Shown: positions 59,349-64,000 of the stretch, piece by piece
How the letters are laid out: every line of letters begins with the position of its first letter
Numbering within the stretch: position 1 is the stretch's first letter
Assembly: GCA_963790505.1 (NCBI GenBank)
Contig: CAWBOT010000004.1
Location: forward strand, 1,132,225 to 1,196,224
DNA from: an uncultured Acidobacteriaceae bacterium
GTDB taxonomy: Bacteria > Acidobacteriota > Terriglobia > Terriglobales > Acidobacteriaceae
Direction of reading: 5' to 3'
DNA: 64,000 nucleotides
The notes under the pieces: model-generated
Databases searched by the model: none
Told to the model about the DNA's origin: nothing
Seen by the model: only the letters and a program-made list of their open reading frames with translations
Program-made: the position numbers and the translations under genes

Positions 59349-60539
59349 GTGGGCACGAAAAACCCCTCTAATGGGGAAGGCAAATTGACGGGAAATGCGT
59401 GGCTAGGCATTCTTGTTGGACGGAGAAAATTGAAAACTCAACCAACAACAGACGCTCCTGGCGACCCGGGTCGCGCTGGCAATGGCGACGATAAGTTCGT
59501 CGCGATGGTCACCGCCAAAGCACGAGCGAGCCTCCCGATCTGTGACTTCGAACCGCGCTCGACGCTAACGACCGTTGCTCATGAGGTAACTCGGCCGCGC
59601 TTCGCGGCGATTGATGCTCACAATCATCTGGATTCTCTCGAACCCGCTGCTGTGCTCGCCATTATGGATGAGTGCGGCATCGAGCACATCGTCAACATCA
59701 CGATGAAGGTTGGCGATGAGGCATTTCGCATCGTGGAGAAGTTCGCGGCTGCTTCGCGGGAACGTTTCAGCACGATAGGGTGGATGGATTGGAGCGGCTT
59801 CGAGCGCCCCGACTTCGTTCAAGAGACGATCGACTATCTGGAACGGCTGGTCGAGCGCGGCGCAGTTGGTTTCAAGATATGGAAAGACCTGGGGCTGACG
59901 GTCCGAGATTCGAATGGCGAGTTAGTGCGTGTCGATGACGAGCGCCTTGATCCGCTCTTCGATAAGGCACGCGAACTCAATATTCCGATTATGTTTCACA
60001 CCGCTGACCCTGCGGCGTTCTTTGAGCCGCTCGATCGATTTAATGAGCGCTATGAAGAGCTGGCCGCTCATCCGGACTGGAGCTTTCACGGTGCTCAATA
60101 TTCGAAGCGGGAATTGTTGGAACAACGCAACTGCGTCTTCGCCCGGCATCCGCGGACGCGATTTATTGGCGCGCACGTGGGTGAGTCGCCGGAAGACCTC
60201 GGCTTTGCCGCGGCAATGCTGGAGCGCTTTCCGAATGTTTCGGTGGATATCAGCTCGCGGGTCGCGGAGCTTGGTCGTCAGCCTTACTCAGCGCGAGAGT
60301 TCTTTCTCAAGTTCGCAGACCGAATCCTCTTCGGCGCCGATCTGTTGCCCGATGTCCAGATGTACCGCCTCTACTATCGCTTTCTGGAAACATCGGACGA
60401 GTATTTCGAGTATCCCACTCACGCTTCGGGACAGGGTCGCTGGATGGTCTATGGATTGTTTCTTCCCGAGGATGTGCTTCGCAAGGTGTACCGTGAAAAC
60501 GCGATGCGAGTCTTTCCGGGAATTTGCCAGGGGGAATGA
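59349..60539 (+). CDS. metal-dependent amidohydrolase-fold protein
   Basis: AIDAHNHLD metal-binding start of a TIM-barrel hydrolase, and later FHTADP, GAHVG and FGAD. The start codon is uncertain; an ATG at 59505 is possible. Confidence 0.6.
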   Translation: MGTKNPSNGEGKLTGNAWLGILVGRRKLKTQPTTDAPGDPGRAGNGDDKFVAMVTAKARASLPICDFEPRSTLTTVAHEVTRPRFAAIDAHNHLDSLEPAAVLAIMDECGIEHIVNITMKVGDEAFRIVEKFAAASRERFSTIGWMDWSGFERPDFVQETIDYLERLVERGAVGFKIWKDLGLTVRDSNGELVRVDDERLDPLFDKARELNIPIMFHTADPAAFFEPLDRFNERYEELAAHPDWSFHGAQYSKRELLEQRNCVFARHPRTRFIGAHVGESPEDLGFAAAMLERFPNVSVDISSRVAELGRQPYSAREFFLKFADRILFGADLLPDVQMYRLYYRFLETSDEYFEYPTHASGQGRWMVYGLFLPEDVLRKVYRENAMRVFPGICQGE

Positions 60540-62566
60540 ATTTGGGTGTGAGCGCTTTCAGGGTTTTGTGTGTTGTAGCGCTGCTGCAGACGTTGCTGGG
60601 TGCGTCGGGAGGTACGCTGCTCGCGCAGACGGCACAGGTCAACGGGATACTGGGCGGAACACTGAGTAACGATGAGATCACTGCGGGGCTGAGTACTCAG
60701 GACGGGCATCCGACCGGCATCGGGATCCGCACAAATCACGGCAAAGACTCGCTGACAATCTCGGGACCGTTCGCGATAGCGTTGCGCGATGGCGCGGTGC
60801 TGTACCCGAGAGATTTGATTTGGGACGCGGCGGGTCGCGTGGAACACCTCGCGCCCGATGCTGGAGCAGCGCGATACTCAGAGCGAGTGCCCGGAGTGGC
60901 ACTGCACTATACGTTCCGCGATCGGACAGGGCGCTTTGATGTGGACTGGGCTTTGATCCTTCGCAAGGGATCGCATTACATCCGTCAGTCGGTGACGATT
61001 ACGGCCGGCAAAGAAGCGGTCGATGTGAGTGACGTTGAGCTGATCGATCTGTGGCCATCGAGCGGAAGTGGCGGCGCGACTCTTGCGGGTGTCGTGAAGG
61101 GTTCGCCGCTTATCGATGGCAATTTCTATCTCGGCTTTGAGCAGCCGCTGTCTCAATGCAGCGTGGTTGCGGGTCGGGGGAGCTGCGATCTGCGCAGCGA
61201 TGTACCGATTGCGGCGGGGCAGTCGGCGGAGTACTCCGCTGTGGTCGGCGTCGCTGCGCCGGGGCAAATGCGTCGGGATTTTCTGACTTATCTGGAGCGC
61301 GAGCGCGCCCATCCCTATCGGACCTTTCTCCACTACAACAGCTGGTTTGATATTGGATTTTTCACCCCCTACTCGCAGCAGGATGCGCTGGATCGCATTC
61401 ATGAGATCGGCGATGAGCTGAACAAGAAGCGCGGCGTCACACTTGACTCGTTTCTCTTCGACGACGGCTGGGACGACCACGATCATCTGTGGAAGATACG
61501 GGCGGATTTCACAGACGGCTTCACGCCGCTGTAAACAGGCTGCGGCTGAATATGGCACCGCGCCAGGGGTCTGGCTCTCGCCGTGGGGCGGCTATGGCCC
61601 CGCCAAGAAGGTGCGCGTTGCAAGCGGCGAGCAAGCGAAGGCTACGAGATTGTCGACGGCGGGTTGGCGCTGTCGGGGCCGAAGTACTATGCGCGCTTTC
61701 ACGATGCGGTGACCGAGATGGTCACCAAGTATGGCGTGAACCAGTTCAAGTTCGACGGCACCGGCAATGCGGACCGCGTGGTGAAGGGCAGCGCAGTTCT
61801 CGAGCGACTTCGACGCGGCGATTCACCTGATCGGCGATCTGCGCAAGCTGAAGCCGGACCTGTTTATCAACCTGACGACGGGGACTTGTCCTTCGCCGTT
61901 CTGGCTGATGTACGCCGATTCGATCTGGCGCGGCGGCGAAGATACGGACTTCGCCGGAGTGGGCACCGATCGCGAGCGCTGGATCACCTATCGCGATGGC
62001 GACACATATGACGCAGGTCGTGAAGCGGCGGCCGGCTGTATCCCGCTGAACTCGCTGATGCTGCACGGCATTGTTTATGCGCAAGCAAGCTCCGCATCTG
62101 TCGACCGATCCGGGCGGGGACTTTGCGAACGAGGTGCATTCTTATTTCGGTTCGGGGACGCAGTTGCAGGAGCTTTACATCACTCCATCGCTGCTGACGA
62201 CGGCCAACTGGGAGACGCTCGCCGAGGCGGCAAAGTGGTCGCGGGCGAATGCTTCGGTGCTGGTGGATACGCACTGGGTTGGCGGCGATCCGCGCTGGCT
62301 TGAGGTGTATGGATGGGCGGCGTGGTCTCCGACAGAAGGCGATTCTGACGTTGCGGAATCCGAGTGACAAGGCGCAGGATTTTACGGTGGATCTTGCTTC
62401 GGCGTTTGAGCTTCCGGCCGGTGCGGCGCGGAGTTATACGGCGCGAAGTCCGTGGGCGGCGGATGCTTCGCAGACGGCTGTTGAGCTACGGGCGGGTGAG
62501 GGGCATACTTTTCATCTGGCGCCGTTCCAGGTGCTGACTTTGGAGTGCGAGCCAAAGTCTAACTAG
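60536..62566 (+). pseudogene. secreted glycosidase-like protein (DDGW motif, alpha-galactosidase-like clan) broken by a stop and at least five frame changes
   Basis: One continuous homologous reading can be stitched across ORFs 60524..61534, 61443..61712, 61583..62011, 61908..62303, 62071..62367 and 62249..62566. Example junctions: FTPL*/KQAAAEYG, VVKGSA/FSSDFDAAIHL, GIVYA/KQAPHLSTDP, WSP/KAILTLRNPSDK. Confidence 0.75.
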
Positions 62567-62588
62567 GCAGCTGTATAGTGTCAGCCAT

Positions 62589-63173
62589 ATGGCTACTCTT
62601 TATCCCGGCCGCTACAGCACCTCGATCGAAGGACCTTTCGTTGTCTTTCTGATCGGTCTGCGTATCAACCGACTGCTCGCGGTGAACAAGTGGCTTCCTA
62701 CAGCAAAAGCGATGGGCCCGATGCTCCAGGAGCTTTATGCGAATCCGTCGCTAGGCATGCTTGCAGCTCATTCTTCCGTCTATTGGCGGGGCGTGATGGT
62801 GACGCAGTTCTGGCGCAGCTTTGATCACCTGGTTGAATATGCGCAGGCTCGCGATGCAGCACATCTGCCGGCGTGGAAGGCTTTCAATCAGAGTATCGGC
62901 TCAGACGGTAGCGTTGGAATATGGCATGAGACTTATCAGGTTGCGGACGGGAAGTATGAATGTGTTTACGCCAACATGCCCCGCTTCGGGCTCGCCGTCG
63001 CAGGAACGCACGAACCCGCCACGGGACATTTACGCGATGCGCGCTCGCGCATGAAGCGAGCCTCCGGCGAACCTCTGAGGGTTTACGTCACGCGTGGGCT
63101 TTTCCCTCGAAGTGCTGCTCGATCTCTTCGAGCGTCTTGCCCTTCGTTTCGGGAAGGAAAAATGCCGCGGTGA
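62589..63173 (+). CDS. DUF4188-like protein
   Basis: FVVFLIGLRINRL...WLP...MLQEL...YWRS.DHL..YA......HLPAWKAFN...GSVGIWHETY.V..GKYECVYANMPRFGLA. The 3' tail overlaps the convergent transporter gene. Confidence 0.65.
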   Translation: MATLYPGRYSTSIEGPFVVFLIGLRINRLLAVNKWLPTAKAMGPMLQELYANPSLGMLAAHSSVYWRGVMVTQFWRSFDHLVEYAQARDAAHLPAWKAFNQSIGSDGSVGIWHETYQVADGKYECVYANMPRFGLAVAGTHEPATGHLRDARSRMKRASGEPLRVYVTRGLFPRSAARSLRASCPSFREGKMPR

Positions 63174-64000
63174 CAAAGTAAATCACGGTGCATACTCCCA
63201 AGAAAGTGAACATTACGTAGTACCCGAACCTGCCCACGACTGGCAGGAAGACGAAGGCGATGAGCGTCGACGCCCCCTGGTTCAGAAGTAGCGCGATACC
63301 CATGCCGGTTGAGCGAATGCGGGTGGGCATGAGCTCGGAGAGCATGAGCCAGACTACGACTCCGGGGCCGAGCGCATACGAGGCGAAGAAGAGGCAGAGG
63401 CAGGCGGTGATGAGCCAGCCAGTCGTCTCAGCGGGGACAGGGCCAAAGAGGGCGCGCCTGATCTGGAGAGGAGCATTGGCCTCGGCTGAGTCGGGATGAA
63501 TGCGCAGCACCGGATCGTGATCGCTGCTGAGTACGGTCGAGAGGTGGTCCCCGTCTCCGTACGAATAGAGCACGGCGAGAGTAGTGGCGCCATCTGTGTT
63601 TGCGGCGAGCGGCAGATCGAGCACGTTCCCCTGGACGGCGGACTGGACTTTGTCCTTAATATCGACGCGCTCCGATTCAAAGCGATGAAAGACAAAGGCG
63701 CCGGCGAGCAGGGCGAGGACGATGCCCCCTGTCCCGGCCTTGAGCAGGAAGCGCCGGCCTTTGCGATCGACGAGCGCGACGCCGACAAGCGTCATTACGC
63801 ATTGCAGCACCTTGACCGACACGTCGCCGGCCGTCGCGTGGCTGGCGCTCATGCCTGCCTGTTTGAGGATGACGACCAGGAATGCGAGGATCGAGTTGAT
63901 TCCGGTCGTTTGGTTACAGACGAGAACGATGCAGGCCAGCACAAACGGCACAACGTATTTTCGCTGGACGAGCGATCCCGCGGAATGCGAGGTCTTCTGC
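63088..64000 (-). CDS. sugar-porter-family MFS transporter, 5' end outside window
   Basis: QTTGINSI, VDRKGRR, and the C-terminal PETKGKTLEEIE signature. The reading frame is open to the window edge. Confidence 0.8.
   Translation of the reverse strand, partial: QKTSHSAGSLVQRKYVVPFVLACIVLVCNQTTGINSILAFLVVILKQAGMSASHATAGDVSVKVLQCVMTLVGVALVDRKGRRFLLKAGTGGIVLALLAGAFVFHRFESERVDIKDKVQSAVQGNVLDLPLAANTDGATTLAVLYSYGDGDHLSTVLSSDHDPVLRIHPDSAEANAPLQIRRALFGPVPAETTGWLITACLCLFFASYALGPGVVVWLMLSELMPTRIRSTGMGIALLLNQGASTLIAFVFLPVVGRFGYYVMFTFLGVCTVIYFVTAAFFLPETKGKTLEEIEQHFEGKAHA

Overview
High-GC chromosomal segment, probably from an Acidobacteriota (Terriglobia-like) genome. That guess rests on family content: a duplicated FtsX/MacB-type orphan permease, a VWFA-related secreted protein, a giant NHL-repeat surface protein, several glycoside hydrolases, and short structured intergenic repeats. 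Most of the window is housekeeping DNA: a dcw fragment (mraY-murD-ftsW-murG), ruvB, mfd, rsmI, rsmD, galU, gltX, thiL, mnmA, a cysteine desulfurase, the tRNA-tuf-rpmG-tRNA-secE-nusG-rplK block, and a Ku/LigD NHEJ pair. I saw no rRNA and no CRISPR array. Five things stand out. (1) A complete IS1595-family element (11745..14120) has 26-bp inverted repeats and a perfect 8-bp target duplication. Its transposase is dead, and it carries four small uncharacterised cargo ORFs. (2) A more A/T-rich two-gene cassette lies between gltX and thiL: a GrlR-like small protein plus a stand-alone RelA/SpoT-type synthetase-like protein. It is a candidate toxSAS-like toxin-antitoxin or alarmone module, and the pairing is not one I know as described. 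This is my best candidate for a novel system, but it is only a hypothesis. (3) A 102-nt, two-hairpin repeat element is inserted in frame inside the cysteine desulfurase gene. Related hairpins fill the mraY-murD spacer. (4) An M50 site-2-protease homologue has its HExxH motif replaced by RExxR. (5) Frame disruptions are unusually frequent. There are single indels in lacI-family, murG, ohr and gltX genes, and at least five frame changes in one glycosidase-like gene. These need read-level checking before any biological interpretation. All product calls come from reading the supplied translations for motifs. No database search was run.
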